A stretch of DNA of 50,168 nt from an uncultured archaeon. GTDB taxonomy: Archaea; Asgardarchaeota; Lokiarchaeia; Sigyniarchaeales; SOKP01. The stretch spans positions 1 through 50,168 of the forward strand of contig CAZOYD010000022.1 in the NCBI GenBank assembly GCA_964583985.1, read 5' to 3'. Below the pieces are notes generated by a model. The model did not search any database, had not been told where the DNA came from, and was given only the letters and a program-made list of their open reading frames with translations. Made by a program: the position numbers and the translations under genes. Positions 7,302 through 18,191 of the stretch are shown here, in pieces; positions within the stretch are counted from its first letter, which is position 1; every line of letters starts with the position of its first letter.

Positions 7302-8609
7302 TCATTGATAATTTTTCCATGAATCGAAGGATCCCGTGTATTTTGCTTTATCCCCTAAAAGTTCTTCTATTCGTAATAATTGATTGTATTTAGAATTTCT
7401 TTCACTCCTACAAGGTGCTCCACTTTTGATCTGACCAGTACATAATCCCACAACCAAATCTGCTATGAACGTATCTTCTGTTTCTCCAGAACGATGAGAA
7501 ACCATTACATTAAATTTTTTGTTAAAAGCCATTTTACACGCTTTTATAGCTTCAGTTAAGCTTCCAATTTGATTAACTTTTAGCAAAAGCGCATTTCCGG
7601 CATTTTCTTCGATCGCTCTTTGAAGTAACTTTATATTCGTGACTGTCAAATCATCATCAACAATCTGAATCGATTTATCTGTCTTTGCGGTTAACTTAGC
7701 GAATCCACGGAATGCTTGTTGATCGAATGGATCTTCTATAGATTTAATGTAAGGAAAATCATCGAACATATCCAAGTAATATTGTAATAGTTCGATTTCG
7801 CTCAATCTTTTACCATCTATTTCATAGATATCGCCATCAAAAAATTCACTTGCAGCTGCATCCATTCCCAATACAAAATCAGTATTCATGAAAAATCCTG
7901 AACTTTCAATTGCATCAACAATAACCTCAATTGCTTCTGTTGTATTTGAGATATCGGGTGCAAATCCTCCCTCATCACCAACATTGATTGCTGTTTTTCC
8001 ATATTTGTCCCTTAGAATAATTTTGAGATTTTGATACACTTCAGCAACATTTTCTATGGCTTGAGAAAATGATGTTGCACCAATGGGCAAGATCATAAAT
8101 TCTTGTATCGCTAAATTATTCCCAGCATGTTCTCCACCATTTATTATATTACAACAGGGTATGGGTAATAGATAATCATCTCTTGATTTATTATGGCTTA
8201 ATTCATATAGATATTGAAACAAGGGTTTATTTGACAATCGGGCTGCCAATTTTGATGCTGCTAGTGAAACGGATAAGATCGCGTTTGCTCCCAACTTACT
8301 CTTGTTATCCGTCCCATCAATCTTAATCATTTCCAAATCAATCTTCTCTTGCTCACGTACATCAAATCCTATCAATTTTTTTGCCAAGATCTCATTTACA
8401 TTTGCTACAGCTTTAGTGACATGCTTTCCTAAAAAAGCTTTTCCTCCATCCCTCAATTCTAATGCTTCTAAAGCCCCTGTAGATGCTCCAGATGGTACAG
8501 CGGCACGCATGAAAATATCCCCCGCAAAAACATCCGTTTCTACGGTTGGATTTCCTCGTGAATCTAATATCCATCGAGATTTCATTTTTGTAATTTTAAA
8601 ATCTGTCAT
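7302..8609 (-). CDS. eno: Enolase (ORF open to TTG 8621)
   Basis: ILDSRGNPTVE, VPSGASTG, GDEGGFAP, LLKVNQIGSLTE, VSHRSGETED, KYNQLLRIEE. Confidence 0.98.
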   Translation of the reverse strand: MTDFKITKMKSRWILDSRGNPTVETDVFAGDIFMRAAVPSGASTGALEALELRDGGKAFLGKHVTKAVANVNEILAKKLIGFDVREQEKIDLEMIKIDGTDNKSKLGANAILSVSLAASKLAARLSNKPLFQYLYELSHNKSRDDYLLPIPCCNIINGGEHAGNNLAIQEFMILPIGATSFSQAIENVAEVYQNLKIILRDKYGKTAINVGDEGGFAPDISNTTEAIEVIVDAIESSGFFMNTDFVLGMDAAASEFFDGDIYEIDGKRLSEIELLQYYLDMFDDFPYIKSIEDPFDQQAFRGFAKLTAKTDKSIQIVDDDLTVTNIKLLQRAIEENAGNALLLKVNQIGSLTEAIKACKMAFNKKFNVMVSHRSGETEDTFIADLVVGLCTGQIKSGAPCRSERNSKYNQLLRIEELLGDKAKYTGSFDSWKNYQ

Positions 8610-8730
8610 GTTAATCTCCAAATAATCCGTTTTTGAAATTTGAAAAATAAAGAAATTTTATTTCTTAAGAGAATTATTTATATAATATAATAAATCTTCA
8701 ATTCTATTTAGTTATAACACAATTAAAATA

Positions 8731-9705
8731 ATGTCACATTATAAAAACAGACCCTGGGTCGAAAAATATCGACCCCGAACACTAAATCAAGTAACCAATC
8801 AAACGGGGATAATAGGAAGATTAAAACAATTTGTTAAGGATAAATCAATGCCTCATCTCATATTTGCAGGTCCTGCAGGGACGGGCAAGACCACTTCTGC
8901 ATTAGCCATGGTTAGAGAAATATACAGAAAGAAAATGGCTATAAATATTACTTATTTAGAGTTAAATGCGAGTGATGCAAGGGGAATAAATGTCATTAGG
9001 ACGTTTATTAAGGATTTTGCGAAATCAAAACCACCCTCAGACATTCCTTTTAAGATCCTCATACTAGATGAAGCGGATAACATGACATCTAGTGCACAAC
9101 AAGCTTTAAGAAGAACTATGGAAAAGTATACAAAAAATTGTCGCATGATTTTAATATGCAATTACTCAAATAAAATCATCCCTCCCATTCAATCTCGTTG
9201 TGTTGTTTTTCGATTTTCTTCCTTAAACCAAGAAGACATTAAAGAAAGAATAAAATATGTCGCATCGCAAGAGAAATTATCACTAACCCCAGATGGATTA
9301 TATTCATTAGTTCAAGTATCTCATGGAGACTGTAGACGAGCAATTAATTATCTGCAGTCTTGCAGTACAATTTCAAAAGAAATTGATCAAGAAACGGTAT
9401 TTAAAATAGCAGGAGAAGTCCCATCCGATAAAACTACTAATATACTTAAAGCAGCTTTACAAGGGCAATTACAATTATCCATAAAACTCTTGGATGATAT
9501 AATGAATGAATATGGGCTTTCTGGAATCAATATTATTAAAAATTTTTATCGCGAATTGTTTGATCTTGAAATTTCTGAAGATGATAAGATAGAACTTTCA
9601 AAAATTCTAGCAGAATTCGAATACCGGTTGAGTCAAGGAGCAACAGAAGAGATCCAATTAAAAGCATTATTAGCTAAAATCGTCTTGCTCCATGATATGA
9701 AATAA
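8731..9705 (+). CDS. rfcS: Replication factor C small subunit
   Basis: PWVEKYRP, GPAGTGKT, ELNASDARG, ILDEAD, SRC motif. Confidence 0.97.
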   Translation: MSHYKNRPWVEKYRPRTLNQVTNQTGIIGRLKQFVKDKSMPHLIFAGPAGTGKTTSALAMVREIYRKKMAINITYLELNASDARGINVIRTFIKDFAKSKPPSDIPFKILILDEADNMTSSAQQALRRTMEKYTKNCRMILICNYSNKIIPPIQSRCVVFRFSSLNQEDIKERIKYVASQEKLSLTPDGLYSLVQVSHGDCRRAINYLQSCSTISKEIDQETVFKIAGEVPSDKTTNILKAALQGQLQLSIKLLDDIMNEYGLSGINIIKNFYRELFDLEISEDDKIELSKILAEFEYRLSQGATEEIQLKALLAKIVLLHDMK

Positions 9706-10500
9706 TCGCGATTTTAAATCAAATTCTTCAAAACGTTTTAATAAAAATCTTTTCATTCGTTCTACAGACTTGGTATCAATTTCAAATCTCACTTTTTGTC
9801 CAAAATTTACATCCCATAATATTAAACCATTCGCATCAGCAGGTTTATATGAAAATTCATTAGATGGATCAAAAAGTTGAAGAAAATTATCATAAGAGAT
9901 TTGATTTCTTCCTACTTCAATGATTTTTGTCATCATCCTCCTAATCTGTTGTCTTAAAAATGCCCTGCTTTTAAAATCGAATATTAAAAAGCGATCCTGC
10001 TTTTCAAATCGAGCAACGATTAAATCCCTTAATGTATTTACTTCTTCTTTATCTCTTTTAGAGAAATTTGTGAAATTATGCCTTCCACCCAGCTCTTTAC
10101 ACGCTTCCTTCATCAAGTCTAAATCCATGGCTGAATCATTAAAATATAATGGAAAAATGTATTTATAATGACGATACTCTGCATTATAACGAGATAAGAA
10201 ATCTTGCGGAACAATAACTTTTGCCCATATACCTATATCCTTAGGTAATGCCGAATTAATTTCCATTAAAATGGGTGGTTTTTTTGCAATGAAAGAAAAT
10301 GCGCTCCCTCTTGCCGATACTCGCCTATCTGTTCGACTAGCAACTTCAAATCTAGAACTTATGACATCATTCATATATTTTTTTTTCACTAATGCATTAA
10401 TTATGCATTCTTCAATAGAAATATGATTTAATTGTCTTTGTGAACCATGATAATTCGCTCCAATATAAAAAAACTTACACAAATATCTATTTCCATTCAT
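9670..10500 (-). CDS. truA: tRNA pseudouridine(38-40) synthase TruA
   Basis: YIGANYHGSQRQ, ASRTDRRVSA (catalytic Asp), RHYKY, GRHNFTNFS, FLRQQIRRM. Confidence 0.93.
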   Translation of the reverse strand: MNGNRYLCKFFYIGANYHGSQRQLNHISIEECIINALVKKKYMNDVISSRFEVASRTDRRVSARGSAFSFIAKKPPILMEINSALPKDIGIWAKVIVPQDFLSRYNAEYRHYKYIFPLYFNDSAMDLDLMKEACKELGGRHNFTNFSKRDKEEVNTLRDLIVARFEKQDRFLIFDFKSRAFLRQQIRRMMTKIIEVGRNQISYDNFLQLFDPSNEFSYKPADANGLILWDVNFGQKVRFEIDTKSVERMKRFLLKRFEEFDLKSRLFHIMEQDDFS

Positions 10501-10657
10501 TAAAGAAATTCTTTTCTTTCATTCTATATTTGTTATGATATCAAGACGTTTTCATTTATTAAAAAATAATCTTTTAATGAAAAGGAGTTTTTTATAATCT
10601 AAACTTTAGTTTGTATTTTATTAAATATTTAAAATTAAACAATAAGGATAAGATTTC

Positions 10658-13600
10658 ATGAGTAAATTCGGTAATTCAATTCGAAATTTCAGAGATCGTA
10701 TTAGATCTGGCTTGACAATTAAACGACAAAACCTTCTGTTATTAATTGCATTAGTGATCGTTTTCATCCTTGCAATCGCTATTAGAATATCTCCAATTGT
10801 GGTCAACAATTACCTTATTAAAGCTTTTGACCCGTGGATCCAATATTACAATTCTGACTATCTATCAACTCATACTATTTACGAATACTTTAATTGGTAC
10901 GATTTTAAGAGTTGGTTTCCTTCTGGTTATTATAGAGCAAATTTAAGACCAGGTCTCACTTTCACAGTAGTTGCTGTTTATAACTTTTTTAATGCCATTG
11001 GCATACCAATTTCTCTTTATGATGTCTGTTTTTATTTTCCTGCAGTAATGGGTGGAATCACTGTTTTAGCCTGTTACTTGTTAGGTAATGAAGTATTGGA
11101 TAAGAAATGTGGCTTATTATTTGCCTTCTTCATGACATTTAATGTAGGGTTCATGCAAAGAACTACCGCTGGATTTTTTGATAATGAGACCATTGGAGTG
11201 TTTGGTACTCTGATGACTTTCTATTTCTTTATTAAAACGATGCGAACGGGAAAAATTACTGATTCCATCTTTGCAGGGATATTCTTAGGTTATTTGTCTC
11301 TTAGTTGGGGCGGATACAATTTTGTTTTTTACATACTTCCTATGATTACTGGAATTATCATATTGGCTGGTAAATACAATCCTAAGGTATTAATTGCATA
11401 TGGTGGAACTATAGGTACAGGCATACTCATATTTTCATTGTTCGTTAAATTTAACTTTGGTGAATTATTAACGAGCTTGGATATCGGTGGCGTCTTCTTC
11501 TTCACATTGCTTCTTATAATATTTCATCTAATATATATGAGTAAAAATGAAAAACCCCAACTTTACAGCAAAATTTTAACAACTATTAAATCGATAATCA
11601 TTCCTGGAATTGTCATATTTGCCGTAATTATATGGATTGCCCCAGATTTAATACCACTTGGAATAAGTCAGAGGTTAGTAAGTATCTTAAGTCCCTTAAT
11701 TCGAGATCAAATTCATATAATTGCATCTGTTGCTGAACACGCACCAAGTGCGTGGAGTGTCTTCTATTATAATACTTTAATACCATTGATGCTTCTCCCC
11801 TTAGGCGTTTTCTTTGCTTTCAAGAGATCAAATTTTGCAGATATCTTTTTAGTAGTATTCCTTTTAACGATATTCTACTTTACTGGAAGCATGATTCGAA
11901 TTATTCTCTTATTTGCCCCTGTAGCTTCATTAGTGGCGGCATATGGATTAAGTAATGTTTTGAAAATATTCGGAAGCTTTTTTGATGAAAAGCGAGTGCT
12001 TAGTCGCAAGAGAAAAAGACAACTAAAAACAACAGTTGGTAAATTTGAAATTGGATTAGTCTATTTTATTGTGGGATTAATGTTATTTGCTCAAGTTTCT
12101 CATGCTGCTAATATAGCAACAAATGACCTGGCTTTTAGTCAGCTATCACCAGGTGGACAATTTCATGATTGGGAAGAAAGTCTTACTTGGATGAAGACAA
12201 ATCTACCCGGGGATACCGTGGTTGTCTCGTGGTGGGATTATGGTTACTGGTTGACTCCAATTGGAAACGTTACAACTGTGAACGATAACGCCACGTTAAA
12301 TGCCACTAGGATAGGTCTTACAGGAATGGCTTTAATGCAAACAGATGAATTATATAGTGCTAAAATTTTCAAACTTCTTAGAGCAGATTACGTGTTAGTA
12401 TATTTTGGATTCCTTTATACTGGTTTAGGCGGTGATGAAGGGAAGTGGCCTTGGATGGTACGCATATGCAATGATAATTATGAAAGTTACAAAAAAATGG
12501 GTTTAGAAGAAGATAATTGGGAAATAAACTCCGTATTTGACGAAGCTAAATATTGGAATTCAACAAGCCAAAAAGCAGAAAATTTATGGTTTAAAAGCAT
12601 GTTAGTCGAACTAATGTTTTCTGGAATTCCTACTAGTACTGTTGGACCTGATGAACAAGTGAATCAACTACAGAAAAATTATAGAGAGCAGATTAATACA
12701 AGAACAGATGATCAAGGTCTTCTTTGGGCTGCAAGCATTCCGCAAGATGGAAATTATAATTTTAAAGTGTTCGAGCCTGCATATTTTTCAACTTGGGGCA
12801 CGGTAAAATTATTTAAATTGGACTATACTGCATTGGAATCTTCATTTTCAATAGTTGATCCCGAAGTATTTGATACTGGATATGCTACTCTAAAATTAGA
12901 AAACACTGGGACGAGAAATTTAACGATTACCGATGTAAAAGTTAATGGGCAGAGTTATAGCTATTCTCTTGGAAAAGGTATAAGCGACAACGTAGTGGAA
13001 GCAAAGGATGATGATTTGGTATGGGTCAATATTAAAGATGGAGGAACGACATTTAAAAAGGATGATATCGTTAACATTGAGGTTCAAGCAGAATCCGTAG
13101 CGTTAGAAGGAAAACCATACGTTTTCTCTAATTACACGAGTAACCTTTTTGTAAAGGAAGCAGGAGAAGAAGATATCCGCATAAATAGGGAAAACAGTCA
13201 AGTAGTTCAAGTCGATGCTGCTCAAGCAGATCTCTATCTTGAAATTGAAAATACTGGAGATAATATTGTCGTGTTAGATGACTTTTATTACGATACTATC
13301 GACAATGTTTTCACCACCGTGAACTATATATCAGGTTCCTCAATACTTGAACCAGATGAAAAAGCAACCGTGCATATCACAAATTCAGTTGCCTCATTTT
13401 ATCCCGTAGGTACCGAACATAAAATTGGAGTTATCACCCCAAATGGAGTAAAAGATGAGATCCAATTGACGTCAAATTATGAAAATTATAAGATTTCTCT
13501 TCTTCCCGAATCGCGAATAGTTTCTCCAGAGGTTGCAATTATTCAAAGTACCGATTATAGAGATAATATTCCAATTGATCTCAGTGGTACCCATTCCTAT

Positions 13601-14512
13601 ACGTATGACAATGGAACAACTTTTCTAACTATAAGAATAAAAAATACGGGTAATATCATTCTCGCATTGGATTCGATTTTATTACGAGAAACTGGTGCTT
13701 GGACTCCTGTATCTTTATCTACGTCATTTAATATCAAATCAGGAGAAGAAAAATATGTTACTGTGAAAGCTTCGGATTATTTAGATCTAGACGTGAATGA
13801 TGAAATTGGTTTAATTGTCACGCCACTTTTCGATAGTTCTACTAAAGCTTCAGATATCGGGTATTTGCATACAATTAACGATGATCCTGACATTCAAATC
13901 ATTGAAAGTGTGGGCGGTTCATTAGCTTCATACATTGCAGCAAATGAAACGGGTAGATTACTAATCAAAAATACTGGTGATGAAGACATTCTTCTTGATG
14001 AGATCACGCTCAATGGTACTTCAGTTTTAAATTTTGATTCAGATGTGGAATTTCTTAGTGGAGATAAAACCTTAAGCATGCAAGAGTGTGCTTATGTTTC
14101 CTTTAACATCACGGGCCTGAATATCAATAATACAGACACCGTACAAGTTAGTATTACTACAAACACAACGGCTTTAGCAAACAAAGATCTTATTGCCACT
14201 GTTGATTCAGATCTTTATGATATAAATATAAATCCTGCAACTACAACAGCAAGTAGTTCTCTTAATAGGTTGATATTAACAATTGATAATCTGGGTGAAT
14301 TGAATGTTACTCTTGATTCAGTGAATATCAATGGTACTTATATTAATGTATTGGAAATTGGAGAAATAATCCCATATCTTGATTCTCTCCAATTAACAAT
14401 TAACGGTCTCGACAGTTATATTGGAACGATTAATAGTGGCGATGAATTGGTAATTACAGTTCGAACCAAGGAAGGTGCAGAAGATATACAGATAGTAACT
14501 GTTGCTACTTAA
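10658..14512 (+). CDS. aglB: Oligosaccharyltransferase AglB/STT3 with long C-terminal Ig-like repeat extension
   Basis: FDPW, GFFDNE, SVAEH, SWWDYG, DNAT, DEGKWPWMVRI; multiple TM helices. Confidence 0.95.
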   Translation: MSKFGNSIRNFRDRIRSGLTIKRQNLLLLIALVIVFILAIAIRISPIVVNNYLIKAFDPWIQYYNSDYLSTHTIYEYFNWYDFKSWFPSGYYRANLRPGLTFTVVAVYNFFNAIGIPISLYDVCFYFPAVMGGITVLACYLLGNEVLDKKCGLLFAFFMTFNVGFMQRTTAGFFDNETIGVFGTLMTFYFFIKTMRTGKITDSIFAGIFLGYLSLSWGGYNFVFYILPMITGIIILAGKYNPKVLIAYGGTIGTGILIFSLFVKFNFGELLTSLDIGGVFFFTLLLIIFHLIYMSKNEKPQLYSKILTTIKSIIIPGIVIFAVIIWIAPDLIPLGISQRLVSILSPLIRDQIHIIASVAEHAPSAWSVFYYNTLIPLMLLPLGVFFAFKRSNFADIFLVVFLLTIFYFTGSMIRIILLFAPVASLVAAYGLSNVLKIFGSFFDEKRVLSRKRKRQLKTTVGKFEIGLVYFIVGLMLFAQVSHAANIATNDLAFSQLSPGGQFHDWEESLTWMKTNLPGDTVVVSWWDYGYWLTPIGNVTTVNDNATLNATRIGLTGMALMQTDELYSAKIFKLLRADYVLVYFGFLYTGLGGDEGKWPWMVRICNDNYESYKKMGLEEDNWEINSVFDEAKYWNSTSQKAENLWFKSMLVELMFSGIPTSTVGPDEQVNQLQKNYREQINTRTDDQGLLWAASIPQDGNYNFKVFEPAYFSTWGTVKLFKLDYTALESSFSIVDPEVFDTGYATLKLENTGTRNLTITDVKVNGQSYSYSLGKGISDNVVEAKDDDLVWVNIKDGGTTFKKDDIVNIEVQAESVALEGKPYVFSNYTSNLFVKEAGEEDIRINRENSQVVQVDAAQADLYLEIENTGDNIVVLDDFYYDTIDNVFTTVNYISGSSILEPDEKATVHITNSVASFYPVGTEHKIGVITPNGVKDEIQLTSNYENYKISLLPESRIVSPEVAIIQSTDYRDNIPIDLSGTHSYTYDNGTTFLTIRIKNTGNIILALDSILLRETGAWTPVSLSTSFNIKSGEEKYVTVKASDYLDLDVNDEIGLIVTPLFDSSTKASDIGYLHTINDDPDIQIIESVGGSLASYIAANETGRLLIKNTGDEDILLDEITLNGTSVLNFDSDVEFLSGDKTLSMQECAYVSFNITGLNINNTDTVQVSITTNTTALANKDLIATVDSDLYDININPATTTASSSLNRLILTIDNLGELNVTLDSVNINGTYINVLEIGEIIPYLDSLQLTINGLDSYIGTINSGDELVITVRTKEGAEDIQIVTVAT

Positions 14513-14635
14513 TTCTTCCAATTTTATTTTTTCATAAAAATCAAAAAGTATAGTTCATTACAATTTTTGTACTCTTGTTATTTTTAAATTTATATCATCC
14601 CTATTCTTAATTATCCCAAATTTTGTGGTTTAGAA

Positions 14636-16645
14636 ATGCCTACTAATCAATTTCAAATCGAATCTGATTTTGTTCCTCGAGGAGATCAACCCGAAGCAAT
14701 TCAAATATTAGCTGAGAATATTAGAAACGGAAAAAAATTCCAGACATTATTAGGGGCCACGGGCACGGGCAAAACTTTTTCGATCGCCCACATTATTCAA
14801 CAGATTCAAAAACCCACGCTCGTAATGGCTCCAAACAAGACATTAGCAGCTCAATTATATAATGAGTTGAAAGAATTATTTCCTCATAATAGCGTCCATT
14901 ATTTCGTATCTTATTATGATTATTATCAACCCGAAGCTTTCATGCCAATTACTCAAATGTATATTGAAAAGGATTTCAGCGTGAATGAAGAGATTGAGAA
15001 ACTCCGATTAGCGGCAACTCATGCCATAAAAACCAGAAACGATGTCATCATTGTTGCAACAGTTTCATGCATATATGGAATTGGATCCCCAGAACAGTGG
15101 GTTGCGGTCTCGATAAATTTAGAAGTCGGTCAAACGATCGATAGATCGGAGATTATCAAGGGTTTAATTAAAATGAACTATGAAAGAAAAAACGTTGAAT
15201 TCAAGCGTGGTGTTGTACGAGTAAATGGCGATATTTTGGATGTGTATCCTGCTTATCTCGATACGGCAATTAGAATCTCTTTATTTGGGAATGAGATCGA
15301 ATCTATTCAAGAAATTCATCCAATATCTAATGATGTTATCGAGGAATTATCTAATGTTCGCATATTTCCTGCAACTCATTTCATAATACCCGAAGAGAAT
15401 AAAATCAAGGCCTTAGAATCTATTGAAGAAGAAATGAAAATGCAGGTAGCTAAATTCTTAGCAGAAAAAAAATATGCTGAAGCTCAATGGATTGAGAAAA
15501 GGACCAAGTTTGACCTTGAAATGATGAGAGAGATGGGATATTGTAAAGGTATTGAAAATTATTCCCGTCATCTTGATGGAAGATTACCGGGAACGCCTCC
15601 AATGTGCTTGATAGATTACTTTCCCGATGATTTTTTAATAGTAGTTGATGAGTCACACATCACCATACCTCAAATCCATGGGATGATAGGCGGTGATCGT
15701 TCTCGCAAGAAAAACCTCGTGGAATATGGGTGGAGGCTTCCCAGCGCTTATGATAATCGACCCCTTACCTTTGAGGAATGGGAAAAAAAAATAAAATACA
15801 TCATAATGATGAGTGCTACACCAGGAGAATGGGAGCTAGATAAGAGCAATGGAATTTCAGCAGAGCAAATAATTCGTCCTACTGGATTGGTAGATCCTCA
15901 AGTAGAAGTACGACCTGCAAAAGATCAAATTGATGATTTACTCAACGAACTTCGCAAAGTCATAACCAACCAAGGGAGGGCTTTAATTACTACTCTTACA
16001 AAGCGGATGTCGGAAGATATCTCTGAATATTATTCTGAATTGGGTATTAAGATTGCCTACCTACATTCAGAAGTGGATACTGTTGAGAGATTTGATATCT
16101 TGAGAAAATTAAGAGATGGAACCTATGACGCTGTCGTTGGAATAAATTTATTGCGGGAAGGATTAGACTTACCTGAAGTAAAATTAGTTGCAATTCTTGA
16201 TGCTGATAAGTTAGGATTCTTACGAGATACCAAGTCGTTAATTCAAACAATTGGGAGAGCTTCAAGAAATGTTGAAGGGAGGGCTATATTATATGCAGAA
16301 AAAATATCTCCAGCCATGCAAGCTGCAATTGAAGAAACAAATCGTAGGAGAAAAAAACAAGAAGATTATAATTTAGCAAATAGCATAACTCCCCAAACGA
16401 TAAAGAAGAACATCTTAGATTCTCTCTCTGAAGAAATCGAAATGAAAGAGAAAGAAGTAAAGCGATTAAAGAAATCGGTCAAAGAAAAAATTCAAGAGTT
16501 AGAAAAGGAAGGAGATATGGAGGTAGTAATCCAATATCTTGAAAATAAAATGTTTTTGGCTGCTAAAGAACTCCGATTTGAAGATGCAGCTTACTTAAGG
16601 GATAAAATCAAGGAAATTAAAAAGGACCACGATATAGATATATGA
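14636..16645 (+). CDS. uvrB: Excinuclease ABC subunit B
   Basis: GDQPEAI, GATGTGKT, YYDYYQPEA, DESH, GINLLREGLDLPEV, C-terminal UVR domain (FEDAAYLRD). Confidence 0.98.
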   Translation: MPTNQFQIESDFVPRGDQPEAIQILAENIRNGKKFQTLLGATGTGKTFSIAHIIQQIQKPTLVMAPNKTLAAQLYNELKELFPHNSVHYFVSYYDYYQPEAFMPITQMYIEKDFSVNEEIEKLRLAATHAIKTRNDVIIVATVSCIYGIGSPEQWVAVSINLEVGQTIDRSEIIKGLIKMNYERKNVEFKRGVVRVNGDILDVYPAYLDTAIRISLFGNEIESIQEIHPISNDVIEELSNVRIFPATHFIIPEENKIKALESIEEEMKMQVAKFLAEKKYAEAQWIEKRTKFDLEMMREMGYCKGIENYSRHLDGRLPGTPPMCLIDYFPDDFLIVVDESHITIPQIHGMIGGDRSRKKNLVEYGWRLPSAYDNRPLTFEEWEKKIKYIIMMSATPGEWELDKSNGISAEQIIRPTGLVDPQVEVRPAKDQIDDLLNELRKVITNQGRALITTLTKRMSEDISEYYSELGIKIAYLHSEVDTVERFDILRKLRDGTYDAVVGINLLREGLDLPEVKLVAILDADKLGFLRDTKSLIQTIGRASRNVEGRAILYAEKISPAMQAAIEETNRRRKKQEDYNLANSITPQTIKKNILDSLSEEIEMKEKEVKRLKKSVKEKIQELEKEGDMEVVIQYLENKMFLAAKELRFEDAAYLRDKIKEIKKDHDIDI

Positions 16646-16700
16646 TACCCCTCCCTTATAATAATTAAAAATATTGGTTATAAAAAGGTGTTTGAAAAAC

Positions 16701-18005
16701 TTAATTCTTTTCAACATCCAATTGTCCTGGGATGATTGAGGTCGTTCCGCTAATGGTATAAGCTATTACGGTTGTTATTCCAGCAGGAATAAATAACATT
16801 GGTACCCAAGTCATCTCTACAATTATGAAGATAGCGGCGATGGGATTTTTTGTTGCTGCCCCTAAAGTGGCAGAAACTCCTAACATTACAAATAATTCAG
16901 CATATTCCGGATAAACTAATATGCCAAATAAACCGCCATTAAGTGCCCCAACAATTAATAATGGCATGATAATTCCAGCACTATTCATTGTTCCAATCGA
17001 AAGAATGATCGCAATCAAAATTACCATTAGAAAGACAAGTATATGATTCCAAGGAATAACATGAACAAAATTAGTGAGCACGCTTAAAAATGATAAATCT
17101 GGATGGATCAATTCATTGCTATAATTAAAATTCATGAAAGGAATGATTACAAGTAAAAAAATCCCATATCCAAATCCTCCCAATAAAGGAAGAATCCATA
17201 ATCCAATCTTTTTTTCAAATCGGTTTTTTAAATGATGAGTGATGATATTTAATACTCCTATGTAAAGTATAACGAAAATTCCAACAAATACTCCGAACAC
17301 AATCAATATTGGAAATAGAAAGACATAATTGATACTCTCTGGCGATGCAGAAAAAAGTTGCGTTTCTATTAGAGGAGTAAATCCAAAAACTAAACAAAAA
17401 ATAATGTAGGCGATCGTTGATGAAATAATTGAAGGTATCAGTGATTTATAATGAATGTGGTTATAATAAGGAAGTTCAGAGCAAAATAATGCGCCGCTTA
17501 TAGGGGCTTTTAATAAAGCTGCAGTACAAGCGCTTGCACCGATAAAAGAATATATATGTCTATCTGACCTTTTCTTTTTTGATAATAATGACCCTAAATT
17601 TGCTCCAATTAAAAGACCTGGACCTTCTCTTCCGCAGATCATTCCTGAACCAAATGTCCAAGATGTTGCGAAAGCCTTGGCAAGTAAATTTGCTATTTTC
17701 TTATATTCTGGATTCGATAAGGTAACTTCCTTTATGAATTGATCAGAGCCCGTGCCCATTATTCTATCATATTTACCATACTTTACTAATAAACTTGTTG
17801 AAAGACCAGCTATAATTGGCGCTAAAAAATAAGGCACGTATGAAAAACCAAATTTAAAAAGCTCTAAAAGAAAATTGAATAAAATTATAATTGCACCACA
17901 TATCACGCCAAAAATAATCGCTATTAAGAAGAAATGATAAGAATCATTACCCCGAGTGAATTTGGATGCGATGATCTGTTTTGTTTTTTTAAAAAAATTA
18001 TTCAT
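16701..18005 (-). CDS. ClC-family chloride channel/transporter without CBS domains
   Basis: GREGP gating-glutamate motif, KAPISGALF, PIAAIFIIVEMT; many TM helices. Confidence 0.88.
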   Translation of the reverse strand: MNNFFKKTKQIIASKFTRGNDSYHFFLIAIIFGVICGAIIILFNFLLELFKFGFSYVPYFLAPIIAGLSTSLLVKYGKYDRIMGTGSDQFIKEVTLSNPEYKKIANLLAKAFATSWTFGSGMICGREGPGLLIGANLGSLLSKKKRSDRHIYSFIGASACTAALLKAPISGALFCSELPYYNHIHYKSLIPSIISSTIAYIIFCLVFGFTPLIETQLFSASPESINYVFLFPILIVFGVFVGIFVILYIGVLNIITHHLKNRFEKKIGLWILPLLGGFGYGIFLLVIIPFMNFNYSNELIHPDLSFLSVLTNFVHVIPWNHILVFLMVILIAIILSIGTMNSAGIIMPLLIVGALNGGLFGILVYPEYAELFVMLGVSATLGAATKNPIAAIFIIVEMTWVPMLFIPAGITTVIAYTISGTTSIIPGQLDVEKN

Positions 18006-18191
18006 GTTAATACTAAACTCTGTTTAACAGTATTTAATTTTATGATTAATAATTTTAAAATTTGAGAAATGATTTTTTCTTGATTTTACTATCTATTTTT
18101 TGAATTTATTAATTGAATACTCAGATCCTCTCAATTATTTTATAAACGTTACTAGCAGTACATTACCATCATTCCAAACAGGAAATTATAT

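Noticed and set aside
9670-9705. 36-bp convergent overlap of rfcS and truA
   Set aside because: Ordinary for compact archaeal genomes.
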